Shown: positions 39,420-47,968 of the stretch, piece after piece
Position numbering within the stretch: the first letter of the stretch is position 1
Layout of the letters: each line of letters opens with the position of its first letter
Notes under the pieces: generated by a model
Told to the model about the DNA's origin: nothing
Databases searched by the model: none
Seen by the model: only the letters and a program-made list of their open reading frames with translations
Source: Gudongella sp.
GTDB taxonomy: Bacteria; Bacillota; Clostridia; Tissierellales; Tissierellaceae
Assembly: GCA_024649995.1 (NCBI GenBank)
Contig: JANKMX010000002.1
Location: 9,446 to 73,445 of the forward strand
Length of the DNA stretch: 64,000 bases
Direction of reading: 5' to 3'
Made by a program: the position numbers and the translations under genes

Positions 39420-40695
39420 CGAAAAAATAAATATGATAGAAAACTATATAAGAAGCGGTGAAAAAAAGAGAGAAAATTTCAGGGTAGGAGTTGAAATGGA
39501 GCATTTTGTAATCTGGGAGGATTCTCTTAAGACAGTGTCATACTATGGTGAGAATGGCGTTGAGGAAATCCTCAAGGAGCTATTGCCAAACGGCTGGAAG
39601 GGGACCTATGAAGGGGACCATCTCCTTGGACTTAGGAAGGATGATATTGCAATAACCCTTGAGCCTGGAAGTCAGCTGGAGGTGAGCATAGATTCAGCCA
39701 GAGATATAAGGGATCTTGAAAGGGGTTACCTGGCTTTTTTAGCTGAAGTCATCCCTCTATTGGAAAAGAGGAATCAGGTCCTGGTAACCCTAGGCTATCA
39801 TCCGGTCACAAGGATTGAAGAAATAAAGCTACTTCCCAAGAAGAGATATGATCTCATGTTCACCCATTTCAAGACCAAGGGTTCACATGCACACAACATG
39901 ATGAAGGGAACCGGAGCATTCCAGGTAGCCATTGATTATTGTGACGAGGAGGATTACAGTAAGAAATTCAGAGTGCTTAACGCTCTGGCTCCTGTTTTTT
40001 ACGGCATTTTTGAAAATGCACTCTTCTTTGAGGGGGAGCCCTGCAAAACCCATAACCTCAGGGCCTATGTCTGGATGAACTGCGACAACGACAGGGCAGG
40101 AATTGTGGAAGGAGCCTTGGGGGATAAATTCGGATACAGGGATTATGCCAGGTATGTTCTTGAAAGGCCACCAATATTCACTGTTCGAAACGGTGAGATA
40201 ATAGCCACGGGAGAGAATAGGGTAAAGGATATCCTAGACCCTGGAACTACCGGAATGGATGAGCTTGACCACCTTATGACCATGTTCTTTCCCGATGTGA
40301 GAACAAAAAAATATCTTGAAATAAGAATGATGGATTCAATTCCTTATCCTTTGAACTTCTCAGCGGTCGCACTGATTAAGGGACTTTTCTATGATCAGGC
40401 CAACCTGGATAAGCTGGTTGATTTTGTTGGTCATATTAGCATTGATAAGGTAGAGAATACAAAGATGGAGATGCTGGAGAAGGGAATGGAGGCCATGCTA
40501 AATGGAAAGACACTTCTTCAAATTGGAAGTTGGCTTCTGGAGCTTTCCAGAGAAGGACTGGCCCTGGAGGAGAGACCATACCTAAAGCCTTTGGAGGACC
40601 TTCTCATGCAGGGGAAGAACCCATACATCCATACAAGGGACAGATTCAAGAATGGTGATAGAAAATTTGCAATTGAATGGGCAATGCACAGATAA
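39409..40695 (+). CDS. Glutamate--cysteine ligase-like enzyme (GCS family)
   Basis: N-terminal FRVGVEMEHFV and ITLEPGSQLEVS are typical of gamma-glutamylcysteine synthetases. The start overlaps the CDF stop; an alternative ATG is at 39394. Confidence 0.65.
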   Translation: MTYNEKINMIENYIRSGEKKRENFRVGVEMEHFVIWEDSLKTVSYYGENGVEEILKELLPNGWKGTYEGDHLLGLRKDDIAITLEPGSQLEVSIDSARDIRDLERGYLAFLAEVIPLLEKRNQVLVTLGYHPVTRIEEIKLLPKKRYDLMFTHFKTKGSHAHNMMKGTGAFQVAIDYCDEEDYSKKFRVLNALAPVFYGIFENALFFEGEPCKTHNLRAYVWMNCDNDRAGIVEGALGDKFGYRDYARYVLERPPIFTVRNGEIIATGENRVKDILDPGTTGMDELDHLMTMFFPDVRTKKYLEIRMMDSIPYPLNFSAVALIKGLFYDQANLDKLVDFVGHISIDKVENTKMEMLEKGMEAMLNGKTLLQIGSWLLELSREGLALEERPYLKPLEDLLMQGKNPYIHTRDRFKNGDRKFAIEWAMHR

Positions 40696-40707
40696 TGAGG
40701 TGAAGCT

Positions 40708-42030
40708 ATGACAGGTGAAAAGTATCAAGAGATGTACCTGGAAATGGTTCTGGAAAACCAGGAAAGGTATAAGGATGATTATAAGAAGACTGTGGAGAGG
40801 GTAGCCAACTCCACTGCTATATACAAGAACAAGCCGGTACCATTTCTATACAATCCAATGTTCTTTTCGGAAAGTGAGGAGGAAGACCTCAGGTGGATTG
40901 GAAAGATGATGATGGATATTGGCGAGAGTATAACTGACAGGTATATTCGTGATGAGGAGTTCAGGAAAAAGTTTGGTTTCCCGGATTTTATCGAGAGGAT
41001 GATTCTTAGGGACAACAGGTATGGAGTCCATGTACCAGTAGCCAGATTTGACGTTTTCTACAGGGACAGGGAAAACTTCAAGTTCTGTGAACTGAACACA
41101 GATGGGTCCTCGGCCATGAACGAGGACAATACCATTGGCGGGATACTCCTTAGATCAAGAGCCATGGAGGATTTTATCAGGGAACATCCTGTAAGAAATC
41201 CTGAGCTGATCAAGAGCTGGGTTAGGGAAAGCATTAAGATTTACCGAAAGTGGGATGAGACAGGAAAGAAACCCAATGTGGCCATTGTTGACTTTACTGA
41301 AAGTGGAACTTCGGCTGAATTTCAACTCTTTAAGGAAACCTATGAAAATGAGGGTTACAGTTGCATCATAGCAGATCCGAGAGATCTCCAGTACAGGGAT
41401 GGAGGTCTTTATCATCAGAACTACAGGATTGACCTTGTGTATAGAAGAATTGTGACCTTTGAGCTTATAGAGAAATTTTATCAGGCGGATGAATTTGTCA
41501 AGGCCTATATGGATGATGCGGTCTGTGTGGTTGGAACAATAAGGTCCCAAGTGATTCATAACAAGATTTTCTTCAAGATACTCCACAACCAGGATACGCT
41601 GGATGGTTTGAGGGAGGATCAAAGGGAATTCATCCGAAAGCATATTCCATTTACAGGTCTATTCAAAGGGGAAGAGGAAGTGTTTCAGGAGGTCCTTAAT
41701 AACAAGAACAGATACATCATTAAACCCATGGATATGAATGCATCACAGGGTGTTTATCCAGGAAGGGATTTTAAGGAGGAAAGGTGGGAATCCATACTGA
41801 GGGACACCTTCAACAGGGATTATATCTACCAGGAATTTATAGACCCATATAAGAGAGAATTTGTCGTCTATGAAGACGGAAGGTTCAGGGGAGAGCGTTT
41901 GGGATCCATTGTAGGGATATTCATGTACAACAGAAATTACAGTGGACTATATACAAGGCTTGGCAGGAACAATATCATATCCGGGGTTACTGATTACTAC
42001 TGTGCTCCAAATATGATCGTACAGACGTAG
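40708..42030 (+). CDS. ATP-grasp ligase resembling the glutathionylspermidine-synthase (pre-ATP-grasp) family
   Basis: RFDVFYRDRENFKFCELNTDGSSAMNE parallels the RFDF...EYNADTP motif of that family. It lies 12 nt downstream of the ligase gene. Confidence 0.5.
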   Translation: MTGEKYQEMYLEMVLENQERYKDDYKKTVERVANSTAIYKNKPVPFLYNPMFFSESEEEDLRWIGKMMMDIGESITDRYIRDEEFRKKFGFPDFIERMILRDNRYGVHVPVARFDVFYRDRENFKFCELNTDGSSAMNEDNTIGGILLRSRAMEDFIREHPVRNPELIKSWVRESIKIYRKWDETGKKPNVAIVDFTESGTSAEFQLFKETYENEGYSCIIADPRDLQYRDGGLYHQNYRIDLVYRRIVTFELIEKFYQADEFVKAYMDDAVCVVGTIRSQVIHNKIFFKILHNQDTLDGLREDQREFIRKHIPFTGLFKGEEEVFQEVLNNKNRYIIKPMDMNASQGVYPGRDFKEERWESILRDTFNRDYIYQEFIDPYKREFVVYEDGRFRGERLGSIVGIFMYNRNYSGLYTRLGRNNIISGVTDYYCAPNMIVQT

Positions 42031-42055
42031 AAAAGACCGGGAAATCCCGGTCTTT
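42031..42055. terminator. Bidirectional terminator
   Basis: AAAAGACCGGG aaat CCCGGTCTTTT. Confidence 0.85.
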
Positions 42056-42075
42056 TCTACGTGTTAGAATATACA

Positions 42076-42414
42076 TCAATGATTGTGGTCCTCGCAAAGA
42101 GAGCCTGTGGACTGGAGAGTGTTATCCACATAGTTCTCAGCGACCTTTTCAATTGGTCCCGAGGCACCGCAGATTACCTTGATTCCATTTCTCGTGAACA
42201 GGTCTGAAGCACTTTGACCCATTCCTCCTGCGATTATTACATCAATTCCCTTTTCGTGTAGATATAGTGGCAGAAAACCTGGCTTGTGACCTGGATTCTT
42301 AATGGTATCCCATCCAGTTACCCCTTTTCCATCAGTGGTAAAGCATTCAAAGGCCTCACAATGTCCAAAATGCTGAGCCACATTCTTATTGTCGGATGCT
42401 ATGGCTATCTTCAT
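42076..42414 (-). CDS. NifX/NifB-C-like (dinitrogenase FeMo-cofactor-binding fold) protein
   Basis: MKIAIASD...VAQHFGHCEAF...VIIAGGMGQSA is typical of this small domain family. Confidence 0.75.
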   Translation of the reverse strand: MKIAIASDNKNVAQHFGHCEAFECFTTDGKGVTGWDTIKNPGHKPGFLPLYLHEKGIDVIIAGGMGQSASDLFTRNGIKVICGASGPIEKVAENYVDNTLQSTGSLCEDHNH

Positions 42415-43286
42415 ATTTCGTCCTCCTTTATATTGATTAGTCCCAATACCCCTTCTAATATCTCTTCTATCGCATCCCTTGCAGGTCCGTTTTTGTCCAC
42501 CAGGGTTTTACCTTGATTGACAAGACTGACCGCTTCTCTGTCATATGGTATTTTCCCGAGAAGGGGGATACCTTTATTCTTGCAGTAATTTTCAATTGTT
42601 TCCGTATTTTTCAAGTGAAGGTCATACTTGTTTATGCAAACCGCTAATCCTGCAGGAAAGCCCCTAGATGTTTCAACTATTCGCTCCATGTCACTGAATC
42701 CGGACAGTGTAGGCTCTGTTACAAGAACCACAAGGTCCACACCACTTATGGATGCAATTACAGGGCATCCTATTCCAGGAGAACCGTCAATTATGGCAAG
42801 AGGAGCCCTATTATTCCAGTCCTTTAAAGGTTTTTTGACCTCGGTTACTAGGAGTCCTGAATTGCCGCTTCCCATACATAGCTCTGCAGTTGAGAAAATA
42901 TGATTGTTTTCATGGAGTTTTAGATGTCCGGTAACCCTCCCTACCATGGTAATGGCATCTGCTGGACATACAAGCTGGCAAACTGCACAGCCCTCGCAGG
43001 CAAATCTGTCAACAGTATATACGTCCGTGACATCTATTGCATCAAATCGACACTTCTGTCTGCAAAGATCGCAGGAAATGCACTTATCCGTATCAATCTG
43101 CGCAGCTGGGAGCCCGTAGAAATCAGATTTATTAGGCTCCAGTGATTCATCCATAACAAGATGAAGGTTTGGAGCATCGACATCGCAGTCAGCATATGCC
43201 TTTGCTCCCGAGAGTTTAATCAATGAACTGGAAAGTGTGGTCTTACCTGTACCACCCTTCCCGCTAAGTATAAGTACCTGCTTCAT
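42411..43286 (-). CDS. MinD/Mrp-type P-loop ATPase with inserted 2x[4Fe-4S] ferredoxin domain
   Basis: Deviant Walker A SGKGGTGKTT. Cys motifs CISCDLCRQKC and CEGCAVCQLVCP. Confidence 0.8.
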   Translation of the reverse strand: MKQVLILSGKGGTGKTTLSSSLIKLSGAKAYADCDVDAPNLHLVMDESLEPNKSDFYGLPAAQIDTDKCISCDLCRQKCRFDAIDVTDVYTVDRFACEGCAVCQLVCPADAITMVGRVTGHLKLHENNHIFSTAELCMGSGNSGLLVTEVKKPLKDWNNRAPLAIIDGSPGIGCPVIASISGVDLVVLVTEPTLSGFSDMERIVETSRGFPAGLAVCINKYDLHLKNTETIENYCKNKGIPLLGKIPYDREAVSLVNQGKTLVDKNGPARDAIEEILEGVLGLINIKEDEI

Positions 43287-44119
43287 ACGGACACCTCCTC
43301 ATGGATTCTATGGAGAAGGCCTGTAAACATGTTTTTGTATTCATCCTTCTGCTCAGCCGCAATAATCCCCTCTGCATTGTAATTTCCAAGCTCGTCACTC
43401 CATGGAATCCTGAGTAGTATATCCAATCCCATCTCCTGACAGTAGTCTTCAGATGGATTTCTATCACCCAGGGTCTTGTTCAGGACAACTCCCAAGGGCT
43501 TTTCAAAAAGACTGACCAGCTCATGGACCATCCTAAGATTGTGTGATCCGAATATTGAAGGCTCAGCAACAAGAAGACAATAGTCTGCATCCCTTATGGA
43601 GTCCATCACAACACAGGAGCTTCCAGGAGGACAGTCTATGACAACGGAGTCCTCTTCAGAAACCTTTTTTAAAAGCTCGCCTATGATTGCTGTTCCAGAT
43701 TCCTCTCCCGTGTTGAGCATTCCCGTATAAAGTGTTGTATCTTCATATGAACGCTTTTCAATTTTACCGATTTCCCTAGGGACCTCTTTTATGGCATTCT
43801 GCGGACATATGATTTCACAACCTCCGCAGGAATGACAGATCTTTTCAAATACCAGAACCCTCTTACCAGTGTATGCCAATGCGTTAAATTGACAAAAATC
43901 AACACATTTCTTACAGCCGTCACAAAGCTGATGGTCAATAATCGGTATAGGTAGAGCAACTGGACTTGTCTCAAGGACGGGACCCTTTAGAAACAGATAG
44001 CCGTTTGGTTCTTCCACGTCACAATCCAGATATGTTGAGTTGTTAATGACTCTGGTGAGATTTGTGGATACAAAGGTCTTTCCAGTGCCTCCCTTACCAC
44101 TTAAAACCGCTATTTTCAT
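43283..44119 (-). CDS. MinD/Mrp-type P-loop ATPase with inserted ferredoxin domain (paralog)
   Basis: SGKGGTGKTF, CDGCKKCVDFC and CHSCGGCEIICP. 4-nt overlap with the next gene. Confidence 0.8.
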   Translation of the reverse strand: MKIAVLSGKGGTGKTFVSTNLTRVINNSTYLDCDVEEPNGYLFLKGPVLETSPVALPIPIIDHQLCDGCKKCVDFCQFNALAYTGKRVLVFEKICHSCGGCEIICPQNAIKEVPREIGKIEKRSYEDTTLYTGMLNTGEESGTAIIGELLKKVSEEDSVVIDCPPGSSCVVMDSIRDADYCLLVAEPSIFGSHNLRMVHELVSLFEKPLGVVLNKTLGDRNPSEDYCQEMGLDILLRIPWSDELGNYNAEGIIAAEQKDEYKNMFTGLLHRIHEEVSV

Positions 44120-44121
44120 GA

Positions 44122-44481
44122 CTAGTGCCTGTGAAACCCTTCATGGATATTATTTAGCTTCTCAAGTTTGCCATCCCTAAACAAAAGCACGTGATCCATA
44201 AGGCTGCCATCCTGTGACTGGAATAGCTCAATATTTGCATCCCGCAATACCATTGCTGCATTCTCCCCCAGCTGTGGTGATATTACCACTTCCGACTTCT
44301 GATCCACAAGAATCTGTGCAGCCTTGACACCAGCGCCACCCTGTGCTGTGGCAGCTGTATTCTCAACAAAATATCCTGCTTCTTTTTGGTCGTCATAGAT
44401 AAAATAATATGGTGTCCTTCCGAAGGATCCACCAACGGGTCCATTCATGTCTTCGATGTCTGCTGGTATTCCTATTATCAT
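44122..44481 (-). CDS. NifX/NifB-C-like protein (second copy)
   Basis: GGSFGRTPYYFIYD...VVISPQLGENA, same fold family as 42076-42414. Confidence 0.7.
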   Translation of the reverse strand: MIIGIPADIEDMNGPVGGSFGRTPYYFIYDDQKEAGYFVENTAATAQGGAGVKAAQILVDQKSEVVISPQLGENAAMVLRDANIELFQSQDGSLMDHVLLFRDGKLEKLNNIHEGFHRH

Positions 44482-44492
44482 TCCATGACCTC

Positions 44493-44792
44493 CTACTCTT
44501 TATCCACCTTTGATAGAGCTTCTTTAACTGCTGCAAGCTGGTCTTCAAGATATGCCAGATCCTCTTCCAGCAATTCCCTTTCGGTTTCCATTGGCATATC
44601 GTAATAGACCGGACCAAAAACTGGCCCTCTTCGAAAACCCATGCCACGTCCATAGCCAACTCCTCTTCCATAACCTCTTCCTGCTCCTCTTCCATAGCCC
44701 ATGCCTCCATAGGCTCTTTGAGCGCAGTATCCCATGCCTCTTCCTGTAAAAGGTCCAGCACCCATTGGTCCTGTCATATCAAATCTAGGCAT
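44493..44792 (-). CDS. DUF5320-like Gly/Arg-rich protein with C-terminal coiled coil
   Basis: MPRFDMTGPMGAGPFTGRGMGYC, GYGRG repeats, then LEEDLAYLEDQLAAVKEAL. Confidence 0.7.
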   Translation of the reverse strand: MPRFDMTGPMGAGPFTGRGMGYCAQRAYGGMGYGRGAGRGYGRGVGYGRGMGFRRGPVFGPVYYDMPMETERELLEEDLAYLEDQLAAVKEALSKVDKE

Positions 44793-44813
44793 AATAAATC
44801 CTCCTTTTGTAAT

Positions 44814-44828
44814 TGATAATCATTATCT
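44814..44828 (-). promoter_or_regulatory. Fur-family 7-1-7 box TGATAAT-C-ATTATCt
   Basis: 14 of 15 matches to TGATAATnATTATCA. The wider 19-mer 44809-44827 matches GATAATGATAATCATTATC at 16 of 19 positions. It lies between the predicted TSS and the RBS of the DUF5320 gene. Confidence 0.7.
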
Positions 44829-44840
44829 GCTTCTACTATC

Positions 44841-44868
44841 ATTATACTCCTATATGGACATATGTCAA
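44841..44868 (-). promoter_or_regulatory. Consensus sigma-A-type promoter TTGACA-N16-TATAAT for the DUF5320/NifX/MinD operon
   Basis: The minus strand reads TTGACAtatgtccatataggagTATAAT. Confidence 0.7.
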
Positions 44869-45088
44869 TAATAACCCAAAAAAAGATCTGCTGTTTAATA
44901 AGTTGGAATCCTGATGGGAATATAGTATACTGTAATTGAAGAAATATGCGAAAAATCATAGTGGGTTGATATTTAGGCGGGTGAAAGGTGCACCGCCTGT
45001 TATTTTAATGGATGGATCTTGTTATGGGATGCATGTAAATACAATATGAGATCCATATATTCAGTAAAATGTTAGAAGGGGTGAAAAG

Positions 45089-46495
45089 ATGAAGGCAATG
45101 ATTGTCGGAGCAGGCAAGCTGGGATCAAAGCTGGCTGAATTTCTGATAGCTGAGAATATAGACGTAACTGTAATGGACAGCAGCAACAAAGTTCTTGAGA
45201 GGCTCAATGAACATCTAGACGTGTTGACTGTTGTGGCCAATGGCATAGATATTCGAATGATGAGGGAGCTGGGAATATCGGAGTATGACCTACTGGTAGG
45301 GAGTACGGAGAATGATGAGACCAACACCTTGATATGTACCCTTGCAAAAAAGCTTGGATGTAAGCAAACCATCGCAAGAATCAGAAATCCTGAATACATG
45401 CAGCAGATTGATTTCATAAAGGCTGAACTGGGAATTGACCATATCGTGAATCCAGACTTGGCAACTGCAATTGCAATGGAGAAATACCTGATGAAAAGCT
45501 ACAGCTTCTACACGGATGAATTTGCAAGCGGTAAGGTGCAGATGGTGGACTTCAATGTTGGAGACAACCAGGAGTTCGTAGGAATGAGGATAATGGACCT
45601 TAAGGGTCTGGATTCACTATTGATAACAGCCATATCCCGGGAAGGCAATCTAATAATTCCAAACGGGTCCACTGAAATACTAAAGGGAGACATAATTCAT
45701 GTCATTGGTAAGGCCAATGAAATTGAAAAGATAAGTGGAAGACTTGGCGAGGACTACAAGACAAAGCTCATAAGGTCCGCCATGATCCTTGGTGGAGGAA
45801 ACGTAGGTTATTACCTTGCCCAGAGGCTAGAAAGGAATAAGATTCAGGTTACCCTGATTGAGCAGGATAAGAAGAGATGTCAGGACCTTTCAGAGCTCCT
45901 TGACAACGTCTTGATAATACACGGTGACGGTACGGATATACACCTTCTTGAGGAGGAAAACCTAAGTAGTATGGATGCATTCATAGGGGTGACCGGATTT
46001 GATGAAGAAAATCTCCTGATGGCTCTAATGGCCAAGCAATCGGGGGTAAGAAAGTCCATTGCAAAAATCAGCCGTTCCAACTATATCAAGATAATAGACA
46101 GGCTAAAGATTGATGCAGCCATAAACCCTGTATATATAACTGCAAGCAGCATACTGAAGTATATCAGAGGCGGAAAAGTGGTCTCAGTTTCCCTGCTGCT
46201 TGGAGGGAATGCGGAGGTCACAGAGATAATCATTGACAAGGACCTGCCCTGTGTAGGCAAAAAGCTTATTGACCTTGCCATGCCAAAGGGCATGATAATC
46301 GGGGCCATCGTAAGGGATAATGACGTAATTATCCCAAAGGGAAACACTGAGCTTAAAGCCAATGACAGAATTGTTGTATTCTGTCTTTCAGAAAATCTTG
46401 CAGGCTTGAAGATGTTCTTTAAACCGAAAAAGGGAGGTCTGTTCGGTGAACTATGGAATCGTAATAAGAGTGCTGGGAAGCCTGCTGATAGTTGA
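45089..46495 (+). CDS. trkA: Trk potassium uptake NAD-binding subunit TrkA (two RCK units)
   Basis: MIVGAGKLGSKLA and ILGGGNVGYYLAQRL Rossmann motifs, each followed by an RCK_C domain. Confidence 0.9.
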   Translation: MKAMIVGAGKLGSKLAEFLIAENIDVTVMDSSNKVLERLNEHLDVLTVVANGIDIRMMRELGISEYDLLVGSTENDETNTLICTLAKKLGCKQTIARIRNPEYMQQIDFIKAELGIDHIVNPDLATAIAMEKYLMKSYSFYTDEFASGKVQMVDFNVGDNQEFVGMRIMDLKGLDSLLITAISREGNLIIPNGSTEILKGDIIHVIGKANEIEKISGRLGEDYKTKLIRSAMILGGGNVGYYLAQRLERNKIQVTLIEQDKKRCQDLSELLDNVLIIHGDGTDIHLLEEENLSSMDAFIGVTGFDEENLLMALMAKQSGVRKSIAKISRSNYIKIIDRLKIDAAINPVYITASSILKYIRGGKVVSVSLLLGGNAEVTEIIIDKDLPCVGKKLIDLAMPKGMIIGAIVRDNDVIIPKGNTELKANDRIVVFCLSENLAGLKMFFKPKKGGLFGELWNRNKSAGKPADS

Positions 46496-47894
46496 AGCGG
46501 CTCTAATGCTGCCTTCATATTTGATAGCACTTTCAAGTCAGGGGCCAGATAGGATTCCCTTTCTTATAACAATACTTTTAACAGCTATAATAGGCGGATT
46601 GATGACAAGAAAAAAAAGTGTGCAAACATCCATTGGAGCCAAGGAAGGCCTTGCAATAGTGGCATTGGGATGGGTTTTTGCTTCTGTGATGGGAGCACTT
46701 CCATTGTACCTTTCAGGTTCAACAGTCAATTATGTGGATGCATTTTTTGAAATAGTATCTGGATTTACTACCACTGGAGCCACAATTCTTACTGAAATTG
46801 AAGGGCTTCCCCAGGGTGTATTGTTCTGGAGGTCCTTCACCCATTGGATTGGAGGGATGGGAATACTTGTATTCACACTGGCCCTGATGCCTGCACTGGG
46901 AATAGGAGGCTTTCAGATATTCAAGGCGGAATCCCCCGGCCCTGTTGCCGGGAAAATTGCTCCCAGACTCCGGGACACTGCCAAGATACTATATATAACC
47001 TATGTAACCATAACATTGGCAGAGGTGCTTCTTCTTACAATAGGTGGGATGAGTATATACGAGTCCTTTATCCACACATTTGGTACCGTGGGTACGGGAG
47101 GATTTTCCAATAGAAATGGTAGCATCGGAGACTACGACAGCACCTATATCCATATGGTGATAGCATTTTTCATGGTGGCATCAGGAGTTAACTTCTCCCT
47201 ATACTATTCATTTTTCAGAGGAAAGCCAACGGAGCTTTTCAAGGACGAGGAGTTTAGACTATATATGAAGATAATTGCAATCGCAACAATAGCAATTGCA
47301 ATCGACCTTTGGCTTGTAAGTTACCATAATGTGGGATATTCTCTAAGGGATGCCTTTTTCCAAGTGTCATCCATCATAACCACCACGGGCTATGGAACAG
47401 CTGACTTTGACCTCTGGCCAACCTTCAGTAAAGGTATTCTCCTGATCCTGATGTTTGTAGGTGCCAGTGCAGGCTCCACAGGTGGAGGTATGAAGATAAT
47501 AAGGATGCTTGTCATGATGAAGCTTGTAAAGCGAGAGGTAGGTAAGCTTTATCATCCAAGGGCCATGATGCCGGTAAAAGTGAACAATAAGGTTGTTTCA
47601 AATGAGACCGTAGCAAGGATAAACAGCTTTCTGGCACTATACCTGCTGCTGTTTCTATTTTCTACCCTATTGGTTTCACTTGAGCAGGTGGATCTTGTAA
47701 CCGCAGGAAGCGCTGTTGCGGCTACGTTGGGCAACATCGGTCCAGGCTTGGAGTTGGTTGGTCCGACACAGAACTACAGCTTTTTCTCAATTCCAACAAA
47801 AATATTGCTATCACTGCTTATGCTTCTGGGAAGACTGGAGCTTTTTACAATAATTGCACTGGTTGCTCCGAAGCATTGGAGAATCGACGTATAA
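46446..47894 (+). CDS. trkH: Trk/Ktr potassium transporter membrane subunit TrkH
   Basis: N-terminal MNYGIVIRVLGSLLIVEAALMLP and four MPM repeats with TTTG/GTGG/STGGG-like filter motifs. The GTG start overlaps trkA by 50 nt. Confidence 0.9.
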   Translation: MNYGIVIRVLGSLLIVEAALMLPSYLIALSSQGPDRIPFLITILLTAIIGGLMTRKKSVQTSIGAKEGLAIVALGWVFASVMGALPLYLSGSTVNYVDAFFEIVSGFTTTGATILTEIEGLPQGVLFWRSFTHWIGGMGILVFTLALMPALGIGGFQIFKAESPGPVAGKIAPRLRDTAKILYITYVTITLAEVLLLTIGGMSIYESFIHTFGTVGTGGFSNRNGSIGDYDSTYIHMVIAFFMVASGVNFSLYYSFFRGKPTELFKDEEFRLYMKIIAIATIAIAIDLWLVSYHNVGYSLRDAFFQVSSIITTTGYGTADFDLWPTFSKGILLILMFVGASAGSTGGGMKIIRMLVMMKLVKREVGKLYHPRAMMPVKVNNKVVSNETVARINSFLALYLLLFLFSTLLVSLEQVDLVTAGSAVAATLGNIGPGLELVGPTQNYSFFSIPTKILLSLLMLLGRLELFTIIALVAPKHWRIDV

Positions 47895-47906
47895 TCGAAC
47901 AAATGT

Positions 47907-47935
47907 TTGTATAAAAAACATGAACATGATATAAT
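47907..47935 (+). promoter_or_regulatory. Candidate promoter TTGTAT-N17-TATAAT for the radical SAM gene
   Basis: Read directly from the sequence. The predicted TSS falls inside the left arm of the trkH terminator hairpin. Confidence 0.5.
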
Positions 47936-47937
47936 AA

Positions 47938-47968
47938 CCTCAAGAAAATCATTCTTGAGGTGTTTTTT
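47938..47968 (+). terminator. Rho-independent terminator after trkH
   Basis: CCTCAAGAA aatca TTCTTGAGG, a perfect 9-bp stem, followed by TGTTTTTT. The right arm also supplies the GAGG RBS of the next gene. Confidence 0.8.

Noticed and set aside
44975-44998. Hairpin AGGCGG(G)TG...CACCGCCT plus T-rich tail in the trkA leader, considered as a c-di-AMP (ydaO-type) riboswitch or attenuator
   Set aside because: The leader is only about 130 nt. I could not find the conserved ydaO elements or the pseudo-two-fold architecture. It may be a simple leader structure and needs a covariance-model search to settle.
46446-46495. 50-nt overlap between trkA and trkH, considered as a frameshift or misassembly
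   Set aside because: The TrkH N-terminus from the GTG at 46446 (MNYGIVIRVLGSLLIVEAALMLP) looks native. The TrkA tail is merely a short basic extension, and both frames are intact.
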